The notes: generated from the sequence alone by a model not told the origin. A stretch of 52,991 nucleotides of DNA from a virus (IMGVR_UViG_3300011896_000001:1-52991); one strand, 5' to 3'; positions 6,891-13,723 are shown, counted from the first letter of the stretch. A program made the numbers and translations.

Positions 6891-7228
6891 ACGCTGTGAG
6901 TCTTTTTTTCGTTCCGTTTATTTTAATGTTTTCATAATACCACATTTTTCCCAAAATTCAGTCGTGCAGTTATCAGACAATTGTTGAGAAAGTTGAGAAA
7001 CAGCTTTAAATCAACGTTTCTAAGTGATGTAAAAATAAAATATGCAAATATGCATGGAACGTATAAAAGACTTCACATGCATATTTTACCACCAATCTCT
7101 CAAAATGAGAACACTAGTTCTTATTTTTATTTTCAGATTAAGTTGTTAAACGACTTAAAATTTAAAATGAGTTAATAAAACAACTAATTATAGTAGTATG
7201 ATAGTTCAATATTTATACTTTAACTATT

Positions 7229-7573
7229 ATGATACTCTTTGGACAAACTTTAAAATATTTAAGAAAGTCACGTGATTTAACTCAGACGCAATTAGCTGAC
7301 AGGCTCAATCTGAGTCAAAGTCAAATTAAGAATTGGGAAACTGACAGGTTTCAACCAGATCTTGAAACTTTAATTAGTATCGCCTCCTTCTTCAATGTAT
7401 CATTGGACGTCCTCGTTGGCTATTCTAACGAATTCCAAGATGAACCTATACAAAAGGTCATTTCTGAAACTCAAGCAACGTATGGGGCGTTGGATGAAGC
7501 TCAGAAAGAGCGTTTTTGTAATCAGGTATTGTTATTCGTTCAAATGATTAGAGACAACCGAGAAACGTTCTGA
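7229..7573 (+). CDS. XRE-family HTH regulator, 114 aa.
   Basis: FGQTLKYLRKSRDLTQTQLADRLNLSQSQIKNWETDRFQPD is a canonical HTH_3. There is no recognisable RBS before the ATG, so the transcript may be leaderless. Confidence 0.8.
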   Translation: MILFGQTLKYLRKSRDLTQTQLADRLNLSQSQIKNWETDRFQPDLETLISIASFFNVSLDVLVGYSNEFQDEPIQKVISETQATYGALDEAQKERFCNQVLLFVQMIRDNRETF

Positions 7574-7604
7574 TTTGATTTCATTTTAGAAGAAATCTTT
7601 TCCA

Positions 7605-7633
7605 TTGACCAGTGGTAAAATTTTACATAATAT
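7605..7633 (+). promoter_or_regulatory. Sigma-A-type promoter: TTGACC-17-TAATAT.
   Basis: Hexamers and exact 17-nt spacer read directly. The promoter fires into the hairpin at 7650-7675 and then toward the TM2 gene. Confidence 0.5.
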
Positions 7634-7649
7634 TACCATATTTGACATT

Positions 7650-7675
7650 GAGGGCTGCGGCTCTCTTTTTTTATT
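7650..7675 (+). terminator. Intrinsic terminator or attenuator: gagggc-tgcg-gctctc followed by T7.
   Basis: 6-bp stem with one G-U that pairs only on the plus strand. The T-run is at 7666-7672. Confidence 0.6.
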
Positions 7676-7771
7676 TTTATTCGACAGAATATGACAAAAT
7701 AGTTGTAACCATTTCTGTTATTATATGTTCTAGAAATCTTACATTTTATATTTTGGGGACGGAGTGAAAAA

Positions 7772-8107
7772 ATGAAATCTAAAGGTATTGCGTATTTATT
7801 ACATATTTTCCTTGGATTCTTAGGTGCGGGAAGATTTTATGTTGGAGATATTGGCATGGGTATCTTGAATCTTCTGACTGTTGGGGGATTCGGTTTTCTA
7901 TGGTTTATTGACTTGTTTTTATTAAGCGGACGTGTGGATTACAAGAATGCATTATTCGCTGCTCGTACTGGTGGAACTAACAATGTAAATAACGTTAATA
8001 CAGTTCAAGTTAATATAGATCCGAATATGTTGAAGGCAATGCAAACTGAACCTGCTGCTACGACACCAGGAGACAAAACTGATGGTGTAGATTTATCCAA
8101 GAATTAA
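7772..8107 (+). CDS. TM2-domain membrane protein, 111 aa.
   Basis: KGIAYLLHIFLGFLGAGRFYVGDIGMGILNLLTVGGFGFLWFIDLF matches the TM2 two-helix pattern. A GGGGACGGAG RBS is present. Confidence 0.8.
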   Translation: MKSKGIAYLLHIFLGFLGAGRFYVGDIGMGILNLLTVGGFGFLWFIDLFLLSGRVDYKNALFAARTGGTNNVNNVNTVQVNIDPNMLKAMQTEPAATTPGDKTDGVDLSKN

Positions 8108-8114
8108 TTGTATA

Positions 8115-8142
8115 GGCACTCGAAAGAGTGCTTTTATTTTTT
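8115..8142 (+). terminator. Intrinsic terminator: GCACTC-gaaa-GAGTGC followed by a T-run.
   Basis: Perfect 6-bp stem with a GAAA loop, then TTTTATTTTTT. Confidence 0.8.
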
Positions 8143-8319
8143 CTCAATGTATAAAACAACTTAACATGGTAAAATAATATTGGATGGGATTCCAATATTA
8201 TTAAAATTAAAGTGGTTCAAGTCGGAGGAAGGCGCCTTAGGGTGTCTTTTCTTTATTACTTACAAAATAACATGATAAAATAGCAATAAATAAATTTAAT
8301 GGTACGGAGGAAAGGGAAA

Positions 8320-8790
8320 ATGAAAGATGAATTAGTAAACATTAGAAGAGGTGGATGGTGTTGGTATGGTTCTTACACTTTTAAAGAAACAGATAATGTA
8401 GGTAAATTTATGACATTTGTAAAAGATGACATTTCAGATGAAATGCAAGAATTAATACTTAAAGCGATCAAACAAGGTGTCACTCCATTTATTAAACACA
8501 CCGATCCAGGCAGGCTTAAGCGTACAGGCATAATTAAGCCTTTTAATCCATATGCAAAAGACGGGACATTGGCAATTATTTGGTATTCTACTGATGAAGA
8601 AAAGGATTTAAAGAATTTAGCCAAATTTTTGATTGATAATGGATTAGTACCAAAAACTAAAGCTGGTAAATACTACAATATTTCATTTAAATATGACGAA
8701 CAAACTCGAAACGGTGAATATGGTGAACAATTTAAAGCCTCCATTTCTTTGAAAGATTTAATGGATTTAACTACCGGAGAATTTTATTAA
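8320..8790 (+). CDS. Hypothetical protein, 156 aa from MKDELVN; no family recognised.
   Basis: Track ORF 8299..8790. A GGAGG RBS lies 9 nt before the ATG at 8320. The stop TAA abuts the MITE-like element. Confidence 0.65.
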   Translation: MKDELVNIRRGGWCWYGSYTFKETDNVGKFMTFVKDDISDEMQELILKAIKQGVTPFIKHTDPGRLKRTGIIKPFNPYAKDGTLAIIWYSTDEEKDLKNLAKFLIDNGLVPKTKAGKYYNISFKYDEQTRNGEYGEQFKASISLKDLMDLTTGEFY

Positions 8791-9120
8791 AGGGGTCCCG
8801 CCAGCATTTCGGAAAAAAACCACGTTAAGGATTTTTTAGTTAATATTCCCCTGTTTTAAGGACAATACAAGGGAATAAAGAAGCATTTATGCTGTAAAGT
8901 GTAACGTATACTTTTGGAAAAGGTTTATAGTAATCATTTTGGTAATTACTTTTGGTAAAAGACTACCTCTTTGCTATCAAGAACCTTAACCAAGATTGAA
9001 TAAATTACAAAAATTATGGTTTTTGGTAACTAAAGTTTTTCTTAACGTTGTTAAAATTACTTATTTTTATGTTGAAATTTGCTTAACGTGGTTTTTTTCC
9101 GTTTCGCGGTCTGTACCCCT
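8791..9120. mobile_element. MITE-like non-autonomous element, 330 bp, with 39-bp imperfect terminal inverted repeats.
   Basis: The left end is aggggtcccgccagcatttcggaaaaaaaccacgttaag. The reverse complement of the right end is aggggtacagaccgcgaaacggaaaaaaaccacgttaag. 31 of 39 positions are identical, including a 20-bp perfect block. There is no ORF inside, and TAA is present on both flanks. Confidence 0.65.
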
Positions 9121-9163
9121 TAAATAATTATATACTCTTTTCTTTATACAATAGAAAACCCAC

Positions 9164-9847
9164 CTATTTCCGTAGGTGGGTTTCTTCAAATTCATCAGCA
9201 TCATGAAAGCCTAGATCAAACGAATATAGCGTTTCTAATGTCTCCGAAGCTCCGATATATTTCAAAATACTTTCAATATCTTTATATGATTGAAAATACA
9301 ACGTTTTTGCTTTTGGTATTTTACCATCAGTCTGTAACTTCTTCTTTTTAATCCCTAATTCCTCGAACATAAACTCATTTAAATGTTCCAAGATATCTGT
9401 AGATCCATGAATACGTAAGCGAGGTCTAACGTAAATTTTGTTGTTTTTTCGTTTCTCTTTCATTGTACCGAGATCGTGTCGCATTAAAATATAAGTTTTC
9501 ACGAATACTTCTTTATTAAACTCACCTTTAGGAAATGCTCTAGATTTTTCTTGTATCGGTGTCCAACCTAGTTCTTTAACTTTTCTGATAAACGGGTGAC
9601 TACTATTCATAGATGTGTACCATTCTACATACCCTTTATCTTCACGATATCTTGATTTTGTTTCTTTTCCAAAGAAATCAGCAAACCTCTTTACTATCGC
9701 TTGTGACTTATGAGTAAATTGAAAATAGCAATTCCCATACACATTTGTTTCATAACCATTTCGCCAAACCATACCTAAAGCCTCTGAAAATGCATCTGTT
9801 TTAATAAAATCATCTATCCAATTTTTTTCGATAAGATTATTAGCCAT
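9164..9847 (-). CDS. Hypothetical protein, 227 aa; possible degenerate double-motif LAGLIDADG-like fold.
   Basis: Two motif-like segments lie about 93 aa apart (EALGMVWRNGY and YILMRHDLGT). Each is followed by the strand / helix / ..FG or ..LGI pattern typical of that fold, but the acidic residues are not conserved. An AAGGGG RBS is present, and a terminator hairpin overlaps the stop. Confidence 0.6.
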   Translation of the reverse strand: MANNLIEKNWIDDFIKTDAFSEALGMVWRNGYETNVYGNCYFQFTHKSQAIVKRFADFFGKETKSRYREDKGYVEWYTSMNSSHPFIRKVKELGWTPIQEKSRAFPKGEFNKEVFVKTYILMRHDLGTMKEKRKNNKIYVRPRLRIHGSTDILEHLNEFMFEELGIKKKKLQTDGKIPKAKTLYFQSYKDIESILKYIGASETLETLYSFDLGFHDADEFEETHLRK

Positions 9848-10249
9848 AAAATATTCCCCTTAAATTTTATCCTTCTAATCAATTGTAAAATAAAACATTA
9901 TTTCTATAAACAAGCAATTAATCTTTTAAATTTCACGTACTATACCTGTTGTGTAAAACCTAATTCAGCAATAAGGCCTATTCTATCCTTCATCCCCTTA
10001 TCCTCTAACCAAGTAAGTAGTAAATCCTATATTTATTCCTCTATCTTAGTGAGTAGATCCCCCGGAAGTTAAACAATCTCATGTTTTTCATCTTTTCTTC
10101 GCAATTAAGCTTGACTGAAGATCTTGAAGGTTTGCATCATGTGGGAACGATTATGGAATACGGCTGGAAGGCAGATTTATCCCCTACTTTGAAAGATCAC
10201 AAAAAAAGTAATCGATCAAAATAGATGGATAAGCGTCTTGTTTTTGCCA

Positions 10250-10540
10250 TGCGGTCACTTATAAGGTATCCGTATGTATAGACCCTGTTCACTCAGCGAT
10301 TTTCACCGCATACATCCTTTTACTATGGCTTGTCCTTGTAATATCGTCCCTACACGACAAACTGAATGTACTCCCTAGCACCTTGATGCTAACGATAACC
10401 ACCGAACCTTTTAGAGAATCGTCCCTGGGTAAGTTCTCACCCGCCCTCACCAGAAGAACAGGATTCCGATGAGGGGTGCTGTTTTTGTAGGCGCATACTC
10501 TGTACCCCCTGCACGACCAACAGCTAGCCACGCACGTAAC
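10250..10540 (-). ncRNA. GC-enriched structured RNA candidate of about 290 nt; identity unknown.
   Basis: No credible ORF. The hairpin GCGGU-GAAA-AUCGC (10296-10309) pairs only on the minus strand. Further stems are CCCTCA/TGAGGG (10444-10475) and GGGUGA-GAAC-UUACCC (10427-10442). The minus-strand 5' end reads GUGCG. Confidence 0.4.
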
Positions 10541-10741
10541 ACGTTCCTCCTATATGTATAGCAGCACGGAATTACGGCTTATCAGTTTTTATTTACGTGG
10601 TATCAGGCAATTCCACGCGAACAAAAAACAAAAAGGCATCCCAAATTCCTAAATGGCCTGCGGATCCACAAGACTTCTAGGTTTAGAGATGCCCGCTATA
10701 TATCTTTTGACTACAAAAAATACAATTCTAGCATTTACTAG

Positions 10742-10770
10742 TTGAATTTTAGTCAAACAATAGATAAAAT
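10742..10770 (+). promoter_or_regulatory. Sigma-A-type promoter: TTGAAT-17-TAAAAT.
   Basis: -35 at 10742-10747, exact 17-nt spacer, -10 at 10765-10770. Confidence 0.6.
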
Positions 10771-10776
10771 GGGTAT

Positions 10777-11070
10777 ATCAAAGAAGCCTCGTGAAAAGGC
10801 ATAGTTGTTTAAGGATAGTGTTGGTGCACTACTTAAACGTAAATACTGTGGGTTAATACAGTTCGTTTCTAGCCAAGTGGTGGTACACTAGCTAGATAAG
10901 TCATTCCCGCTAAAGGTTGGTAGCCGTTAGCATATGGGAGTGGCTTTTTGTTTTGTGTTCATATTCAATTGTCTTGCTCAATCTATTTATGTAGATTTGA
11001 TTTATCAAAATATGTTTTGTTTTGTAGAATGTTGCTTGTTGTGTACTACGTTACAACAAGCTTTTTTGTT
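10777..11070 (+). ncRNA. Candidate non-coding transcript of about 290 nt, from the promoter at 10742 to a strong terminator at 11034-11070.
   Basis: The terminator is gcttgttgt-N10-acaacaagc followed by TTTTTTGTTTG, with a T-run only on the plus strand. Internal stems are TAGTG/CACTA, ACTGT/ACAGT and CTAGC/GCTAG. gttttgttttgt occurs twice. No ORF has an RBS. Confidence 0.5.
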
Positions 11071-11121
11071 TGTAAATGCCCCTATAAGTAGGTTTATACC
11101 ATCTAGTTAACTTAATTGAAG

Positions 11122-11238
11122 GATACAAAGATAGAAAGATACAAAGATACATTTATCCTTAGATACAAAGATACATAGTTTACCTTTGTGTATCTTTAGA
11201 TACAAAGATAAAAAGATAGAAAGATAAAAAGATACATA
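11122..11238. repeat. Phased 8-bp repeat array (GATA[C/G/A]AAA, about 12 units plus one inverted unit); candidate centromere (parS) or iterons.
   Basis: gatacaaa gatagaaa gatacaaa gatacatt tatcctta gatacaaa gatacata ... gatacaaa gataaaaa gatagaaa gataaaaa gatacata, read in register. Confidence 0.8.
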
Positions 11239-11317
11239 AATAAACGTTGATTTTACAAGGTTTTTGTTAAATGTCCTGTACACGTAAAATAGGGGCAATC
11301 TATTAAACATAAAAAAA

Positions 11318-11398
11318 GATACATTTATCCTTTTACTTTTCGTACAATCTCGTGTTATCATCAATTCGAGAATAAAAAGATACAAAGATACATTTATC
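11318..11398. repeat. Two further copies of GATACATTTATCC, with or without a GATACAAA unit, next to the parA promoter region.
   Basis: gatacatttatcc at 11318-11330 and 11386-11398; gatacaaa at 11378-11385. The same 13-mer also occurs at 11146-11158. Confidence 0.7.
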
Positions 11399-11440
11399 CT
11401 TTGTTACAATTATATTACAAATTTAAAAGGAGCGATTCCT

Positions 11441-12370
11441 GTGAAAAAAGGATACGTCATAATCAACGCCCAACAAAAAGGTGGAGTTGGAAAAACAACT
11501 GATTCGTGTATGGAATCTCTTGTAGCTTCTTTAATCTTTAATAAGAAAGTTTTATTTATTGATACTGACCTTCAAGGGAATGGTACATCATTTTTAGCGA
11601 AATCTTTTGATATTACTGAAATGCCTAAAACATTAATGAAATGTCTTGAAGATGGAAACTTATCAGAAGGAATTGTGCATCTGCATGAAAATCTTGATAT
11701 GATCCCATGCGGATATGATATGAGGAAGTACACTGATTTTCTAATTGAGAATTTCAACAATATTGAAGATAGAACTTTTTACCTTGCTAGATTGTTAGAA
11801 AAAATAAAATACAACTACGATTACATATTCATTGATATTCCGCCTTCAACAGATTTAAAAGTGGACAATGCTATGGTAGCTAGTGACTACATTATAGTAG
11901 TTCAAGAGACGCAACAATTTTCATATGAAGGAAGCCAACGTTTAATCTTTGAGTATATGCAGACATTAGTGGATGATTTCGGTTCGCTGGTAAAGCTACA
12001 AGTAGCTGGAGTACTTCCAGTATTACTTCAACAAAAACGTGCCCTACATAAAGAAATTGTAAAAAGTACTATCGCTACTTTTGGTGAAGAAAATGTATTT
12101 AGTACGATTATTAATAATCACGCCCGATTAGAATGGTATCCACGAATCGGACTACAATTTGAGGACCATCACGATAAAAGAATGTTAGCTTTATTCAGTG
12201 ATATTTTCTGTGAATTAGAAGAAAGAATTCATCTTTTTGAAACTGAAGGGGATATAGTTCCAGGCTACAAATACATACCTAAATACCTTGTCGATAATAA
12301 ACTTACTAAATTAGGAAAGGGGATTAACATAAGTGGCTTTAGTCAAAAGAGAACTGCCGAAAGATCCTAA
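11441..12370 (+). CDS. parA: ParA/Soj-family partition ATPase, 309 aa.
   Basis: Deviant Walker A NAQQKGGVGKTT. GTG start with an AAAGGAG RBS. Confidence 0.9.
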   Translation: MKKGYVIINAQQKGGVGKTTDSCMESLVASLIFNKKVLFIDTDLQGNGTSFLAKSFDITEMPKTLMKCLEDGNLSEGIVHLHENLDMIPCGYDMRKYTDFLIENFNNIEDRTFYLARLLEKIKYNYDYIFIDIPPSTDLKVDNAMVASDYIIVVQETQQFSYEGSQRLIFEYMQTLVDDFGSLVKLQVAGVLPVLLQQKRALHKEIVKSTIATFGEENVFSTIINNHARLEWYPRIGLQFEDHHDKRMLALFSDIFCELEERIHLFETEGDIVPGYKYIPKYLVDNKLTKLGKGINISGFSQKRTAERS

Positions 12371-12608
12371 TATAAATGATAAGGCTAATACTACAAGGAA
12401 TACTCAAGGAAAGAAAGTTTTAACAGCTCAAGATAGGAAAAACATTAAAGTTACACCTGAATCATTTAGTAAGATTAAAACCATTTGTACAATGAAGAGT
12501 ATGAAGAATTACGAATTTATTGATGAAATTTTAGAATTCTACATTGCTAATAATTTAACTGAGCGTGAGCAACGCATTTTAAAAAACATAACATCTAACA
12601 ATAAATAG
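12333..12608 (+). CDS. Small DNA-binding protein, probably RHH (ParG/omega-like centromere binder), 91 aa.
   Basis: KNIKVTPESFSKIKTICTMKSMKNYEFIDEILEFYIAN has a strand-helix-helix pattern after a basic unstructured N-terminus. GTG start with a GGAAAGGGG RBS. It overlaps the parA 3' end. Confidence 0.6.
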   Translation: MALVKRELPKDPNINDKANTTRNTQGKKVLTAQDRKNIKVTPESFSKIKTICTMKSMKNYEFIDEILEFYIANNLTEREQRILKNITSNNK

Positions 12609-12631
12609 CTTTAAGTGATTACTAAATAGGA

Positions 12632-12991
12632 GTGGTACCTTTGGAGAATAAAAGTAAATCTTTTGTAGTAACTGTTACACCTATTAATGAAAGTTCAGCT
12701 TTGAATACTCAAAGTGATCCAACTAACACGGAAAAAGAAATACTGACACCAGAGAAACCAGATCAACGTTTAGTTCCATCTAAAACCGCTAAAATTTCAC
12801 CAGCTGTTTTACTAAAGCTAAATACTCTTAAACCATTTATTCAGCAACAAGAGAGTATGGATAAAACATCAATTAACAACATCGTTGATATACTTGTTGA
12901 AAGCTACGTAGATACTCAACTGGTAAATCGACATTCTAAAGCGTATAAAGATATGTACAAACGTCTTTATGAAACACTAGAAAACAAATAA
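12632..12991 (+). CDS. Second small protein, paralogous to 12333..12608 in its C-terminal half, 119 aa.
   Basis: KTAKISPAVLLKLNTLKPF...SINNIVDILVESYVD aligns with IKVTPESFSKIKTI...NYEFIDEILEFYIA. The start is ambiguous: GTG at 12632 or TTG at 12641. Confidence 0.55.
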   Translation: MVPLENKSKSFVVTVTPINESSALNTQSDPTNTEKEILTPEKPDQRLVPSKTAKISPAVLLKLNTLKPFIQQQESMDKTSINNIVDILVESYVDTQLVNRHSKAYKDMYKRLYETLENK

Positions 12992-12996
12992 ACGAC

Positions 12997-13033
12997 AGAA
13001 GTGTCCTGGTTTTCAGGATGCTTCTTTTTTGTT
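12997..13033 (+). terminator. Intrinsic terminator of the par operon.
   Basis: agaag-tg-tcctg gtttt cagga-tg-cttct followed by TTTTTTGTTT. Confidence 0.8.
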
Positions 13034-13040
13034 TAGTATT

Positions 13041-13093
13041 ATGTATCTAAAGATAAATGTATCTTTTTATCCTTTTATCTTTGTATCTTTTTA
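13041..13093. repeat. Inverted-orientation copy of the 8-bp phased array.
   Basis: The reverse complement reads GATACAAA GATAAAAG GATAAAAA GATACATT TATCTTTA GATACAT. Together with the 11122 array it brackets the par operon. Confidence 0.75.
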
Positions 13094-13132
13094 TTTTAAG
13101 CAGGAAAACAAATACTCCTGCTTCGATTTCCC

Positions 13133-13723
13133 TCACCAGAACTTCCACCACGGCTTTTTCTTTTCTCTCACAGCAGCAACCTCATCACGAAACTCCTGCA
13201 TCATTCTCTTCGTTTCCTGCATCTCACGCAGCGTCTTCATCAGTGTCTCGTCCCTGGCTTCCAATCGTTTTTCCACACGTTCATTATGCGCTTCTACGCT
13301 CGCTTTAATTTCCTCGTTACTTTGCTTGGCCTGGTCACTTAATCGTTTCTCCATCGCTAACATACTCTGATTCATTTCTTGCGCCATAACGCTGTACTGT
13401 TCCTGTAGTTGCTGTTTAATATGGAATGGCACTAAGTCCGTTTCCTCAGCCTCTTCTTGAATCAGATCCGGATTAACTTTCTCTATTTGCTGCGCAATCA
13501 TCTTCGCTGCCTTTTCTAGCGTCATACCGTCATGCTTACTCAGTTCAATTAACTTCTCAATCACCATAATGTCATTGTCTGTGTATTGGCGTCTGCCACG
13601 ATTATCTTTCTTTACAGCGAATCCCTCACGCTGTAATACTTCCATGTACTTTCTAAGGGTGCTATCACTTATTCCTAGTCGTTTGTATACTTCACTAGCA
13701 GAATAAACAATTTCGTCCGTCAT
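13133..13723 (-). CDS. MerR-family HTH regulator with a long C-terminal coiled coil, 196 aa.
   Basis: YSASEVYKRLGISDSTLRKYMEVLQREGFAVKKDNRGRRQYTDNDIMVIEKLIEL is a canonical MerR N-domain. Confidence 0.85.
   Translation of the reverse strand: MTDEIVYSASEVYKRLGISDSTLRKYMEVLQREGFAVKKDNRGRRQYTDNDIMVIEKLIELSKHDGMTLEKAAKMIAQQIEKVNPDLIQEEAEETDLVPFHIKQQLQEQYSVMAQEMNQSMLAMEKRLSDQAKQSNEEIKASVEAHNERVEKRLEARDETLMKTLREMQETKRMMQEFRDEVAAVREKKKPWWKFW

Noticed and set aside
6981-7175. 64-aa plus-strand ORF upstream of the XRE gene.
   Set aside because: It has no RBS and an AT-rich low-complexity translation. The region is more likely a promoter or leader.
8213-8232. tRNA-like T-loop (GGTTCAAGTC).
   Set aside because: The flanking bases cannot form a T-stem and there is no acceptor or anticodon arm. 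I found no tRNA gene anywhere in the window.
9975-10240. DnaA boxes as evidence of a chromosomal-type origin.
   Set aside because: Only 6-7 of 9 matches to TTATCCACA are present (TTATCCTCT, TTATCCATC, GGATCCACA). That is no more than expected by chance in AT-rich DNA.
10289-10531. 80-aa minus-strand ORF in the track.
   Set aside because: It has no RBS and a Cys/Arg/Ser-rich nonsense-like composition. It lies wholly inside a GC-rich helical tract, so it is better explained as non-coding.
9850-10540. Intact group II intron. The minus strand begins GUGCG at 10533 and has domain-I-like GGGUGAGA and GNRA hairpins.
   Set aside because: I could not find a domain V (AGC...GNRA...34-nt hairpin), a domain VI bulged A or a reverse-transcriptase ORF. 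There are no exons flanking it. At most it is a fragment or an unrelated structured RNA.
11122-11238. CRISPR array.
   Set aside because: The units are 8 bp and directly abutting, with no spacers, and there are no cas genes. This is an iteron or centromere-type array.
11107-11385. 92-aa minus-strand ORF in the track.
   Set aside because: It is a translation of the phased 8-bp repeat arrays (FYLSIFLSLYLK...) and is an artefact of repeat periodicity.
13029-13370. Two plus-strand ORFs (113 and 83 aa).
   Set aside because: They are antisense to the well-supported MerR gene and begin inside the repeat array. Their composition is low-complexity Ser/Phe/Leu.
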